Notes: generated from the letters alone by a model not told the origin. Shown: positions 8,471-18,415, numbered from the stretch's first letter. The stretch is DNA of 64,000 nucleotides from Candidatus Hodarchaeota archaeon (GCA_016840035.1 JAEOTC010000030.1:51527-115526); one strand, 5' to 3'. Program-made: numbers and translations.

Positions 8471-10903
8471 TTATTCATCTTCAGTGTTGAAGGATATTGC
8501 TGACTTTCTGGAACTTTTTCTATAAGCCCATACGAAAGCGACAAAAAGTAATGCACCAACTATTGCTAAAATGAAAGTTAGCGTAGAATCCTGTGTTGAT
8601 TGAACTAGCAGCGGAGCTAGTATAAGACTAATCAAATTAATCACTTTTATCATGGGATTCAATGCTGGGCCAGCTGTGTCTTTTAATGGATCTCCGACTG
8701 TATCTCCAACAACACCAGCTTTGTGACGCTCCGATCCTTTTCCTGTATTCTTTTCTAGATCTCTTGGCTCATCTTCAATAGCCTTTTTGGCATTATCCCA
8801 TGCTCCACCGGCATTAGACATGTATACAGCGAGTAATTGTCCACTAACAATAATTCCTGCTTGAAAACCACCCAGTACTTCAACACCAGATCCAATTAAT
8901 TGTGCATTGTCTACCTGCCCAAGAGCAATGGTAAAGAATATCGCCATAAAAATTGGTACACTAACAGCGATAATTGTCAGGCTAATTAGTTCTCTTTGAG
9001 CAGCAGCTGTTACAATTTTGACAACATTCCCATAGTCTGGCTTCTTGGTACCCTCCATGATTCCTGGAATTCGGAATTGCCTTCTAACTTCATTAATTGT
9101 TTGACCAGCGGCTCGATTTACTGCTCTGATATTAAAAGCGGAAAAAAGCCACGGCAGTGCTGCTCCAATAAGTAATCCAATAAAGACTGCAGGAACATTG
9201 ATTCGTAAACCATAAGCAAGTGGACTTGTGATTTCCAGGTTTTCAGCAACAATTCCCACGTCTATTACAAACGAGGCGAATAAGCTAACTGATGCTATCA
9301 CAGCAGATGCAATTGCAACTCCCTTGGTAATTGCTTTTGTAGTATTACCTACAGCATCTAATTCTTCTAAGACGTGTCTAGATTCTTTGTCCATACCTGT
9401 CATTTCTGCAATACCTTGTGCGTTATCACTGATTGGACCGAACGAATCCATTGCAACATTATTACCTGTGTGAGAAAGCATTCCTATTCCTATCAATGCA
9501 ATTCCATATAGTATTGCTGTTCCTAGATCCTCCTGTGAAACTATCAGATTATGCTCCAATCCATTGACAAATGGTAATCCAGTATTATCGGGGAAAATTG
9601 CATATGTTACAATTGCGAAAATAAATGAAATACAAATTGCTACAACAGCCCATACACTACTTTCATATCCCAAGGCAATACCACTCAATATTGTAGTTGC
9701 TGGACCTCCTTCGGTGGATTCAAATACTTCAACGACTGGGCCACCAGCTTTTGCAGTAAACCGAGCCGTAATGGGATTAAATGATACTGCTAACAATACT
9801 CCGACTGCGATTAGGAAACCAAGTCTCCAATCACCAGCGTAAAATGTGGCAAGAATTAATGATGTAATTATTGTGATAGCACTAGAAATTTCATAGGATT
9901 GAAACATAGCTTTTTCTGCATCAGGAGTTTTCCATAATGCAACCGCATAAGTACCTACAATCGAACTGATTACACCCACAGCTCTGACAATTAGGGGAAA
10001 CATAATCCAAACGATTCTTCCATCGATTCCAAAAAGAACCAGTCCTAATATTAAAGAGGAGACAATAGTAACTTCATATGACTCGAAGATATCTGCGGCC
10101 ATACCTGCACAATCCCCAACATTATCCCCAACAAGATCCGCAATAACACCAGCATTCCTTGGATCGTCCTCTGGAACGTCTTTTTCTACTTTACCAACAA
10201 GGTCTGCACCGACATCGGCTGCCTTGGTGTAAATACCTCCTCCAACTCTCATAAATAGAGCTAGAATCGTACCACCAAAACCAAAACCAAGCAAAGCATC
10301 AGGAGCGGCTTTTCCAAAGATAATGAAAATAAGAGTACCACCTAGTAATCCAAATCCATCAGTTAGCATTCCTGTGACAGTACCAGCATGATATGCCACA
10401 GATAGTGCTTTGTTGTATCTCTGTCCAACATCTAATGGGTTACCAGATTCATCAGTGGCTTGAGATGCAGTAGCAGCTACTCTCAAGTTACCTTGAACTG
10501 CAATCCGCATACCAAATTGGCCAACCATCATTGAAAATGAGGCACCCATTATGAATGCAAGTGTACGCCCGAATGCTATGATAAGTACTGGATCCAGTCC
10601 TTCAAATTCATCTACCGCTGCGTGAGTTGGTTCAACAAGATATACACTAAAAAATAATGCTACCGTGAGAATAAGTACAATAGGTAGAATCGTTTTGAGT
10701 TGACGCATCAGATAGGCATTTGCGCCTTCATTGATAGCTTCCCATACCTCTTGCATCTCCTCCGAACCTGTATCATGGCTGAGGACATCTTTACGAAGCC
10801 ACCATGAATAGATAAAGGAAATAATTGCAACAACGATTACAACACCAAGGGTTAACTGTTCAATGGGGGCTAATTCCAAAAAAGTTTTAAGCACTGTTTT
10901 CAC
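8471..10903 (-). CDS. hppA: Membrane H+-translocating pyrophosphatase, K+-independent type
   Basis: GGGIYTKAADVGADLVGKVE, DLVGDNVGD, GNTTKA (Lys = K+-independent signature), GDTVGDPLKDT. Confidence 0.96.
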   Translation of the reverse strand: MKTVLKTFLELAPIEQLTLGVVIVVAIISFIYSWWLRKDVLSHDTGSEEMQEVWEAINEGANAYLMRQLKTILPIVLILTVALFFSVYLVEPTHAAVDEFEGLDPVLIIAFGRTLAFIMGASFSMMVGQFGMRIAVQGNLRVAATASQATDESGNPLDVGQRYNKALSVAYHAGTVTGMLTDGFGLLGGTLIFIIFGKAAPDALLGFGFGGTILALFMRVGGGIYTKAADVGADLVGKVEKDVPEDDPRNAGVIADLVGDNVGDCAGMAADIFESYEVTIVSSLILGLVLFGIDGRIVWIMFPLIVRAVGVISSIVGTYAVALWKTPDAEKAMFQSYEISSAITIITSLILATFYAGDWRLGFLIAVGVLLAVSFNPITARFTAKAGGPVVEVFESTEGGPATTILSGIALGYESSVWAVVAICISFIFAIVTYAIFPDNTGLPFVNGLEHNLIVSQEDLGTAILYGIALIGIGMLSHTGNNVAMDSFGPISDNAQGIAEMTGMDKESRHVLEELDAVGNTTKAITKGVAIASAVIASVSLFASFVIDVGIVAENLEITSPLAYGLRINVPAVFIGLLIGAALPWLFSAFNIRAVNRAAGQTINEVRRQFRIPGIMEGTKKPDYGNVVKIVTAAAQRELISLTIIAVSVPIFMAIFFTIALGQVDNAQLIGSGVEVLGGFQAGIIVSGQLLAVYMSNAGGAWDNAKKAIEDEPRDLEKNTGKGSERHKAGVVGDTVGDPLKDTAGPALNPMIKVINLISLILAPLLVQSTQDSTLTFILAIVGALLFVAFVWAYRKSSRKSAISFNTEDE

Positions 10904-11311
10904 CTTATATTTTAACTAAGAAGAATTCATATAGTATAAATTCTATGGACCTATAATGAGAATTAGGTCATAACTAAGTAAGTTGCATTTTTTGCCTATG
11001 GTTAATAAAAAATATCAATGAAAATTACTAGTTAGAAATGTACTAAAATATTTGTAAAGTAATTAAAATCAATAAATCTTCATTTACAGATGAATTTTAA
11101 CCCAAAAATTATTGAATAATTCTCAGTGAATCGTAGAATCAAAAATAATCTAAATTTTTTTACAGTTCGAGATTTGAGTATTTTTAAGGTAATGAGATAC
11201 AAAAACTTAACATCTTCTCCTTTACAGTAGTTTCTTAAGCCCACTTTCAATTCCTATTATTTAATAAGATATCACATGATTAATGAATTTATATTGGAAT
11301 CGTGGAATAAA

Positions 11312-11761
11312 ATGGCTGAAAGGACTTTATTAGTAATTAAACCAGATGCAGTGCAAAGAGGTCTCATAGGAAATATTATTTCCCGAATTGAAAGAAAAGG
11401 GTTAAAGATAATTGCTCTTAAAATAATGATGTTAACAGACGATGAAGTAGATAAGTTATATGACATCCATATGGATAAAGTATTCTATCCTCTTTTAAAT
11501 TCCTTCATAATATCTGGACCATTGGTAGCTATCGCCATTCAAGGGAAAAATAGTGTTAAAATTGTACGAAAGCTAGCAGGTGTCACTAATTCACCTGAAG
11601 CTGAACCCGGGACCATTCGTGGAGATTTCGGAGTGGATCTTACGAAAAATATCATACACTCTTCGGATAAACCTGAAAGAGCAGAATATGAGCTCAGCGT
11701 ACTATTTAAGGAAGAAGATTACGTGTCTTATAGCTTAATAAATGAATCATGGGTTGAATAA
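11312..11761 (+). CDS. ndk: Nucleoside diphosphate kinase
   Basis: ERTLLVIKPDAVQRGLIG, PGTIRGDF, NIIHSSD; ATG 11312. Confidence 0.97.
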   Translation: MAERTLLVIKPDAVQRGLIGNIISRIERKGLKIIALKIMMLTDDEVDKLYDIHMDKVFYPLLNSFIISGPLVAIAIQGKNSVKIVRKLAGVTNSPEAEPGTIRGDFGVDLTKNIIHSSDKPERAEYELSVLFKEEDYVSYSLINESWVE

Positions 11762-11784
11762 CTCCCACGTGCGAGACGGCATAG

Positions 11785-12441
11785 ATGAAAAGACGATCTC
11801 CTTATAAACGAATTAAGATTAGGAATATCACTGGTTCAGAGCTTTTAAAAGATAATGAAGAACGTTGGCGTCTAAGAAGTTCAAATGGATCCAGCTTATT
11901 TCGTATTTGGATTGTTGGGGTAATTACGGAAATTTACCAGGGGCAAAATAACTATATTGGATTGAAAGTAGAAGATGGGAGTGGTGCAGCAATTGTTAAA
12001 TCTTGGGATGGTAATCTAGAATCATTCTCTCAGTGGGATAAAGTAGAAATTCTTGGTCAAATTCAAATTTCTGAACAAGATGAGAAAATTGACGTATTTA
12101 TAACCCCAGATATCATAGAAAAGATTGTGGATGACAATTGGTTTATCTATCATCGATTGAAAATTGCTCAACAAAACGCTTTTCTTGACACAGAAATTAC
12201 AGTAAAATCTGCCGTCGTTGAAGGAATCGATCTTGGAATAGCGTCCTTAGAAGATTTGAAAACTAAACTTAAGAAACTTGTTAAGCAATTAGATAAAGGT
12301 AGTGGAGTTACAATGGATGACATCATCGAAAAATTACCAAAAATAGATGAATCACAGATTTATGATGCAATTACCGAATTATTGGAATCTGGAGAGTTTT
12401 TTGAACCTCAAGTCGGTATATATTCGATCGCATTTGAATAG
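11785..12441 (+). CDS. RPA32/RPA2-like protein (OB fold plus C-terminal winged helix)
   Basis: RIWIVGVI..VEDGSG OB motif; C-terminal wH AITELLESGEFFEP. Confidence 0.75.
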   Translation: MKRRSPYKRIKIRNITGSELLKDNEERWRLRSSNGSSLFRIWIVGVITEIYQGQNNYIGLKVEDGSGAAIVKSWDGNLESFSQWDKVEILGQIQISEQDEKIDVFITPDIIEKIVDDNWFIYHRLKIAQQNAFLDTEITVKSAVVEGIDLGIASLEDLKTKLKKLVKQLDKGSGVTMDDIIEKLPKIDESQIYDAITELLESGEFFEPQVGIYSIAFE

Positions 12442-12450
12442 GACCCGAAT

Positions 12451-12999
12451 TTACGGCCTATTCCACTGGAACACGTAGTAACGGATTTGTTGATCAGATA
12501 AGACTGTTGCTATTACATATCTTTTTCGAACTGAAGTTGCCAATCTACCAGCTCTAACTAAATCGATAGGCTCAATGGTTGATTCCTTCGGAATTATAGA
12601 GACTAAAAATGGTGCATGATCAATTCCTGGCCCTCTTCTGTATACGGAAAAATCTGTTCCAAATTTTAGTCCAGGACGTACAATATATCGTTTTGCTCGT
12701 AAGTCTTTATAAACAGTAAATAAATCCTCAAATTTTGTGAATCGTTCTATACAAATTGTTGTGTATTCACTAAAGGAAAGCTCTCTCTCATCTTCTGTAA
12801 TTTTTATCTTGTCATCCTCAAGTAAAAACGCCGCTTCTAGCAGGGTTAGTTCTAGAGGTCTTTCAAATCTCGGAGATTTGGGTTTTCTTATTCCCACAGG
12901 CTTTCCAAAGTAACCTAGTTGATAAATTTGACTTCCTTGCTCATGGTTCCAAATAATGACGTGTTTATCCACTAATTGAGCTGGAATAGGAGTTTCCAT
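12451..12999 (-). CDS. endA: tRNA-splicing endonuclease, catalytic alpha subunit
   Basis: VYKDLR, GLKFGTDF, catalytic Tyr/His/Lys (SVY..DHAPF..SVRK), GYFGKPVGIRKPK loop. Confidence 0.95.
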   Translation of the reverse strand: METPIPAQLVDKHVIIWNHEQGSQIYQLGYFGKPVGIRKPKSPRFERPLELTLLEAAFLLEDDKIKITEDERELSFSEYTTICIERFTKFEDLFTVYKDLRAKRYIVRPGLKFGTDFSVYRRGPGIDHAPFLVSIIPKESTIEPIDLVRAGRLATSVRKRYVIATVLSDQQIRYYVFQWNRP

Positions 13000-13035
13000 T
13001 TTTTACCTCCAGATTGTTCTGTCTTCGAAGAATAA

Positions 13036-13641
13036 TTAATTCTTCTTTCTATTAAACTTTGGTGCTATAATTCGTAAAGCGAGTATAAGGTTAAGAATGA
13101 CTAGAACAAGTAAAAAGGTTATAGCAGAGTTTAAATTTGCTAGTGAAAAGTCTTCTCTTTGATCATTTACCGTGATATGTAAAGCATTACTGTAAGCTAG
13201 GAATTCTGTATCTGAAATCTCAGATACTCGGTAATAAACCTTTGCAGCATGGAGTTGATAATCTCCTGCTTTATGTGCAGTGATAATATAGCTAAATTTG
13301 CGTGTTTGATTGGGTTCAATCCAACTGTAAGATAATTTTGTTAATCCAGCCACAGTAAAAACGTATGCAGAATTTAATGTATCAATGAAGGTGACATTAT
13401 ATGCTGTACTATTACCAACATTCACAATCGTAATCGTTACTACAAAAGAATCATTTTGGGTAATTTCTGTGTTTTCAACACTCTTAGTGACAAATAAACT
13501 CGGATATACTTCACTTGTGTTTGTGGATCTAGATGGGGAAGCCTGAAGTTGTGTTAACATAAAATTAAAGCAAAGAATCGTAAAAATAAAGCTTATAACT
13601 AGCTTTCTACCAAGTTGAGACCTTCTAGGTACAGTCCACAT
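13036..13641 (-). CDS. TRAP-beta (SSR2)-like type I membrane protein
   Basis: Signal peptide, Ig-like domain LFVTKS..NVGNSTAYNVTF.D..KAGDYQL..A.V.Y, one C-terminal TM, basic tail RKKN; ATG 13641 after AGGTGA. Confidence 0.65.
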   Translation of the reverse strand: MWTVPRRSQLGRKLVISFIFTILCFNFMLTQLQASPSRSTNTSEVYPSLFVTKSVENTEITQNDSFVVTITIVNVGNSTAYNVTFIDTLNSAYVFTVAGLTKLSYSWIEPNQTRKFSYIITAHKAGDYQLHAAKVYYRVSEISDTEFLAYSNALHITVNDQREDFSLANLNSAITFLLVLVILNLILALRIIAPKFNRKKN

Positions 13642-13744
13642 TAATATCACCTAAAATAGGTATAATGAATCCCATTTTCTTTATCTAGTTAAATCTTAGT
13701 ACTTAACAAAAGATTCATGTTTTAGTTATTTACCCTCTCCTTCT

Positions 13745-14692
13745 ATGTCAAATTCATTATTCAACAAACATTTTCTATTTTTTGGTGGAAAAGGGGGAGT
13801 TGGAAAGACTACAATGGCCGCAGCGACCGCTATTCGAGCTGCTGATTTAGGTCACAATACATTATTAGTTTCAACTGACCCAGCTCATTCTGTATCAGAC
13901 AGCTTAGATCAAAAAATTGGTGGAGACGATTATATTAAAGTAAATGATGTTGAAAACTTGTGGGCGATTGAATTGAATACTGATCAGGCAATGAGCACTT
14001 ATTCAGAAATGATAAGTCAGCAGGATCCCACTGGCGCTTTCAATGAATTATTAGGGGATGGTGATCCAAGTTCTCTTTCACCACCTGGAACTGATGAAAC
14101 TGTTGCCTTTATCCAGTTACTAGAGTTTATCCAGAATCCTGAGTACGATATTGTTGTATTTGATACAGCACCCACTGGACATACTTTAAAACTTCTACAG
14201 CTACCAGAATTAACCCAAAGTTGGTTGTTTCGATTAATAAAAATGCGCCGTCGTCTTGGAGGTTTGATGGGAGGATTTAAATCACTATTTGGAGGAGGAT
14301 CAGAACTTGATGAACAAGATGCATTTGATAAACTTGAGGAATTAAGGGATCAAGTTGAGATTGCTAGAACTCACCTTAGTAATAATGAGGAGACCGAGTT
14401 TGTAGCTGTTACGATCCCAACTATTATGGCGATCTGGGAAACGGAGAGACTTATTCGTGCTCTATTTGAAGTGGCCTTCCCCATAACTCGAATCTATATC
14501 AATCAGCTTCAGCCGGAAAATCCTGACTGTTCCTATTGTAAAAATCGATATACAGAACAACTCAAGAACATCGAAAAGATCAAAGACTTATATGATGAAT
14601 TTGATCTACACGAAATTCCATCATTTGAGTATGAGATCCGTGGAGTGGCACATCTTCGTAAATTGGCAAATATTCTATATGGAAAAAAATAA
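13745..14692 (+). CDS. Get3/TRC40 (ArsA-family) ATPase
   Basis: GGKGGVGKTT, STDPAHS, DTAPTGH, Met/Gly-rich insert, C-terminal CSYC motif; single ATPase domain. Confidence 0.9.
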   Translation: MSNSLFNKHFLFFGGKGGVGKTTMAAATAIRAADLGHNTLLVSTDPAHSVSDSLDQKIGGDDYIKVNDVENLWAIELNTDQAMSTYSEMISQQDPTGAFNELLGDGDPSSLSPPGTDETVAFIQLLEFIQNPEYDIVVFDTAPTGHTLKLLQLPELTQSWLFRLIKMRRRLGGLMGGFKSLFGGGSELDEQDAFDKLEELRDQVEIARTHLSNNEETEFVAVTIPTIMAIWETERLIRALFEVAFPITRIYINQLQPENPDCSYCKNRYTEQLKNIEKIKDLYDEFDLHEIPSFEYEIRGVAHLRKLANILYGKK

Positions 14693-14706
14693 ATCAGAAG
14701 AAAGGT

Positions 14707-15315
14707 CTACTTTTCTTCATCCCATCCCTTACGAATTCTAGAGAACGCTTCTTTAAGCTCCATGTTCATTTGAGCTTTCAAGCTCATTGGGGATGGACGT
14801 GCTGCCTGAGGTGGTGGTGTTTGTGGGCCACCCATTGGCGCGCCTACGCCTGGAGGAGCTAAACCGGGAGATGCAGGGGTTGGTGATTGTCCTGGTAATG
14901 GTGGAAGACTTGATGGCGATGGCGCTTGTGTTGTGGACGATGGTGGACTATTAGCTGTCATAGGAGGAGAAATTGCCGTTGGTTGTGCCTGAACTGGTGA
15001 TGGGGGAGTTGGAAATGCGGGTGGAGTGGGTAAACTGGGAGGAGGAGTGGTAGGGGGTGTAGGAGCAGTTATTGGTGCTGTAGGTTGTGAAACTGGTGGT
15101 GAAGAACTAGGTGCTGGTGCAGAAAGGGGAGGGGGAGCCGCACTTTGTTGTGAAACTTGACTAATTTTTGTACTTAGTTCTGCATATTTACGTTCCAGTT
15201 CATCGACAATCTCTGCTAATTGTGAGACAAAAACAAAGAATTTTTTCGTAACAGCGATCAATGTGTCAACATTTTGAGATTGGTTGTCTCCAAAGAATTC
15301 ATCTAAATTGGTCAA
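14707..15315 (-). CDS. Coiled-coil plus proline-rich protein with C-terminal amphipathic helix
   Basis: N-terminal heptad helix, about 120 aa Pro/Ser/Thr/Ala-rich linker, C-terminus MNMELKEAFSRIRKGWDEEK. Confidence 0.8.
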   Translation of the reverse strand: MTNLDEFFGDNQSQNVDTLIAVTKKFFVFVSQLAEIVDELERKYAELSTKISQVSQQSAAPPPLSAPAPSSSPPVSQPTAPITAPTPPTTPPPSLPTPPAFPTPPSPVQAQPTAISPPMTANSPPSSTTQAPSPSSLPPLPGQSPTPASPGLAPPGVGAPMGGPQTPPPQAARPSPMSLKAQMNMELKEAFSRIRKGWDEEK

Positions 15316-15370
15316 AGTATAAACCTACATTGAAGTTCTAAAAATATCTTTCATATATCCAATCTCTAAA

Positions 15371-16240
15371 TCACTTATAAGAAGTTTCTTTTTCAATTAG
15401 GGATTTCAAGTAATCGACCACTAAACAAGCATCCTTTGTTTCTTCAACATCATGTGTCCGAATAATGTGAGCTCCATTTCTAATTGCGATAGATGTAGCT
15501 GCTAGAGACCCCCATAATCGTTGTTCAGGCTTTTTTCCAGTTACTGCACCAATGAATGATTTTCGGGATATTCCAACTAATATAGGATAACCTAGTTGCC
15601 TTAATTCCTCTAATCGATCGATAATTTGATAATCGTCCTGAGTTTTTCTCTCTGGAACCCACCCCCCTAATCCAGGATCTAAAATTATACTCTGTTGTGA
15701 TATACCTGCGTCAAGTGCTAAGCTAATACTTTTACGTAATTCAACGAGTATATCCGAGATTTTAAACACATCCCCTGGTTTTTTTTTACATGCCATTAAG
15801 GTAACTGCTGCGTCATATTCAGATACCGTTTTCGCCATCATTACATCTGACTTTAAACCTGAAATGTCATTAATCATTGTAGCACCAGAATGCAGGGCGT
15901 AATTCGCAATTTTATGGGATTGTGTATCAACAGAAATAGGAATTTTACAATCTATTTCCTTTATGGCTTCAAAAAATATTCTTATTCTCTCTTTTTCTTT
16001 GGAAATTGAGAGGTCGTCTACAGAATCATAAAGAAATGATGGAGCACTCGAGATTGCACCAACATCAATGAAATCAGCTCCTTGCGAAATAAAATCGAGA
16101 ACTCTCTCCTGAATCGATTCTGAAGTATCAGCAATGCTTCCTTTGTAGAACGAAGCTGGCGAGAGATTGATAACACCCATAATAGCGGTTTTATAATTAT
16201 CACCAAAAGAAATATTTCCAATCCGACTAATAATTTTCAT
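15371..16240 (-). CDS. folP: Dihydropteroate synthase
   Basis: IMGVINLSPASF, ISVDT, INDISG, LDPGLG, GISRKSF, IRTHDV. Confidence 0.93.
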   Translation of the reverse strand: MKIISRIGNISFGDNYKTAIMGVINLSPASFYKGSIADTSESIQERVLDFISQGADFIDVGAISSAPSFLYDSVDDLSISKEKERIRIFFEAIKEIDCKIPISVDTQSHKIANYALHSGATMINDISGLKSDVMMAKTVSEYDAAVTLMACKKKPGDVFKISDILVELRKSISLALDAGISQQSIILDPGLGGWVPERKTQDDYQIIDRLEELRQLGYPILVGISRKSFIGAVTGKKPEQRLWGSLAATSIAIRNGAHIIRTHDVEETKDACLVVDYLKSLIEKETSYK

Positions 16241-17049
16241 ATAAACTTACCTAGATTTTTTTTATTCTTCCAAAGGGGGCCCATGTAAATACAATGAACA
16301 GGATCCATCTTCATCTGTTCATTATTCTCATAATCGTCTTCTATTATTTGTAATGGCAAATTTTTAAGGCCTCTTGCAATAACAACTGGTATTCTTTCAT
16401 TTGATTCTCCCATTAGTATTTCTGCACCACAAACAAGATTATCTGCTAAAGCTCTTGTCGTAATTTTCATTTTACGATCAAACAAATCTCGAGATCCTCT
16501 ATCATCAATAATTGGGGAGAATCCAGAGACTCCTAACGCAAATCCTGATGTCCCTCTCCGTAATGGATGTGTCTTGGAGTCAGCAATTATAACTCCGATC
16601 GAAATACCTAGCTTTTTTTCAAGACCTAGACGGATTTTATTAGCTGTATCAATGGGATCACCTGGTAAAGTAATGTAATAATCAATACCGCCTGAATTAC
16701 TCTGATCAACACCTGCATTCGCCTGAAGAATCCCGTTTTTTAGTGCAAGAACCGCTCCTGGTACTGCTCCAACTATTTCATCCGATTCACGAAAAATTAG
16801 TTCTACAAACCGCGGATCAAGTCGAGATTTATCTGCAAGTTCCTGAGCTTTTTCTCTGACATTTCTAATTTCAGAAATTTTATGTTGATGACCTTCTACA
16901 GTAGAAATAATTTTGCTAGCAATGATAATTACATCATTATCATGGATTTCATGATGGTTTTCCTCTAAGGAGTGTACTATTACTTGGATGATATCTTTAT
17001 CACTGGAGGTAACAAGCTTAGTTTTTATCCCAATAAATTCAATCCTCAA
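16237..17049 (-). CDS. cofE: CofE-family gamma-glutamyl ligase (F420-0 ligase or FolC2-like)
   Basis: ASKIISTVEG, ANAGVDQSN, VIIADS..PLRRG, LMGES.E.IPVV; overlaps folP start. Confidence 0.85.
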   Translation of the reverse strand: MRIEFIGIKTKLVTSSDKDIIQVIVHSLEENHHEIHDNDVIIIASKIISTVEGHQHKISEIRNVREKAQELADKSRLDPRFVELIFRESDEIVGAVPGAVLALKNGILQANAGVDQSNSGGIDYYITLPGDPIDTANKIRLGLEKKLGISIGVIIADSKTHPLRRGTSGFALGVSGFSPIIDDRGSRDLFDRKMKITTRALADNLVCGAEILMGESNERIPVVIARGLKNLPLQIIEDDYENNEQMKMDPVHCIYMGPLWKNKKNLGKFI

Positions 17050-17379
17050 TCATATTCACCATCTAGACTTGTGAAGTTTCCGTCGTTCCCTATTTTAGCA
17101 TTATAGACTGTCTGCTTCAAACAACAAGTCATTTATTGAGTATTTCTCATTCTAAATTAACAGATAATTAATTTACCTCTTGATAAACCAAAGAACGTAA
17201 ACATTCTGGTACATAAAACAGACAATCTTTTAAGGTCGCGATAGAGGTAGTTCTTAAAATATTGAAAAAGAACAAGACTGAACAACAAACAAAGAAAAAA
17301 TAGAAAAAGGAAATTTTATTAGTTTTTTTTAGGATATTAATTACGATAGATTAACAGTGAATAGTATGGAGATTTAAAG

Positions 17380-18135
17380 ATGTCAATGGAAGATCGTGCT
17401 AAATTTGGAATCCCTCTCTTAGACGACGCTTTAGGTGGAGGAGTTCCTCGTGGATCCATAATATTAGTGGAAGATGAAGTAGGGATTAATACGGAACATA
17501 TCCTTGTACAATTTTTGTCTGAAGGATTAAGAACTGGGGAATATGGGTATATACTTTCAACTGAACATCTTTTCTCTTATTATTCTCCGCTATTTGTCCC
17601 CTACAATATTTCGGAAGTGACTTTCGAGACAAAAAGACTCGTTTTCTTAGACGCATTCTCAAATCCATTTGGTTACTCTGAAGGTCGACCAAGTACAGCT
17701 GGAGAAAACGTAATTCGAGATATCACCCAACCCCGTCAGGTCACAGATCAGATTAGAAGAGCCTTATTACATGTTCGTTCCCAACCTGTTCGTGGTGTCT
17801 TGGATTCATTAACAACTATACTCCTCGTTTCAGAAACTCTCAAAGCCCCGATGGCTTTCCTTCAACATAAAATCGCTACAGATAAAGAAATGGGAATTGT
17901 AAGTATTCTTACCCTTCACAGAGATGTTCACTCTCCGCATATCATACAAGCAGTAGAACATTATTGTGATGGAGTACTTAGATTAACAAAAGAGACCTCG
18001 GATGGAAAAAGTCTTGCACCGACTGATCTACTTCAGATAATTAAAGTTCCTGGTATGTCTTTATCTGAATTAGAAAACACTCAATTTTCATTTCAACCGA
18101 GTCCCGGTCATATTGAATTATCACCAGTATTGTAA
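17380..18135 (+). CDS. KaiC/RAD55-like RecA-fold protein with degenerate Walker A
   Basis: FGIPLLDDALGGGVPRGS, LDSLT, EHYCDGV; P-loop reads EDEVGINTE. Confidence 0.8.
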   Translation: MSMEDRAKFGIPLLDDALGGGVPRGSIILVEDEVGINTEHILVQFLSEGLRTGEYGYILSTEHLFSYYSPLFVPYNISEVTFETKRLVFLDAFSNPFGYSEGRPSTAGENVIRDITQPRQVTDQIRRALLHVRSQPVRGVLDSLTTILLVSETLKAPMAFLQHKIATDKEMGIVSILTLHRDVHSPHIIQAVEHYCDGVLRLTKETSDGKSLAPTDLLQIIKVPGMSLSELENTQFSFQPSPGHIELSPVL

Positions 18136-18155
18136 AATCAATTATTGAACGCGAT

Positions 18156-18380
18156 GTGAGAAAAATTCCAGTTAAGAAGAATTGCGATGTAGAAGGTTGC
18201 TCGAAGGAGAGCAAGAAAACAGTATCTAGAGAAAAAGCAGGTGCCGCAATTAAAGAAGCAGGGCTAAATTTATCATTAAAAGAAAAGGTGACTAAGGCTC
18301 ATTTATGCGCTGATCACTATAGGAAGATCAAAAAAAGATTGAAGAAAGACCGTGAAATTGAACGCCTTCGCTGGGGTTAA
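18156..18380 (+). CDS. Small basic Zn-finger protein (conserved archaeal hypothetical)
   Basis: CDVEGC..HLCADHY, Lys/Arg-rich, ends ERLRWG. Confidence 0.7.
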   Translation: MRKIPVKKNCDVEGCSKESKKTVSREKAGAAIKEAGLNLSLKEKVTKAHLCADHYRKIKKRLKKDREIERLRWG

Positions 18381-18415
18381 GAAAAGAAAATTTTTTCTTT
18401 GTCCTTTGTTATGTG

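Noticed and set aside
13745-14692. Arsenite-efflux ArsA
   Set aside because: Single domain, no ars operon, and Get3-type CxxC and Met-rich insert
14707-15315. PIP-box-like TNLDEFF at the N-terminus, and the GC-rich patch as foreign DNA or a repeat
   Set aside because: The motif lacks the Gln and the start is uncertain; the GC rise is explained by Pro/Ala codons, with no tandem DNA unit
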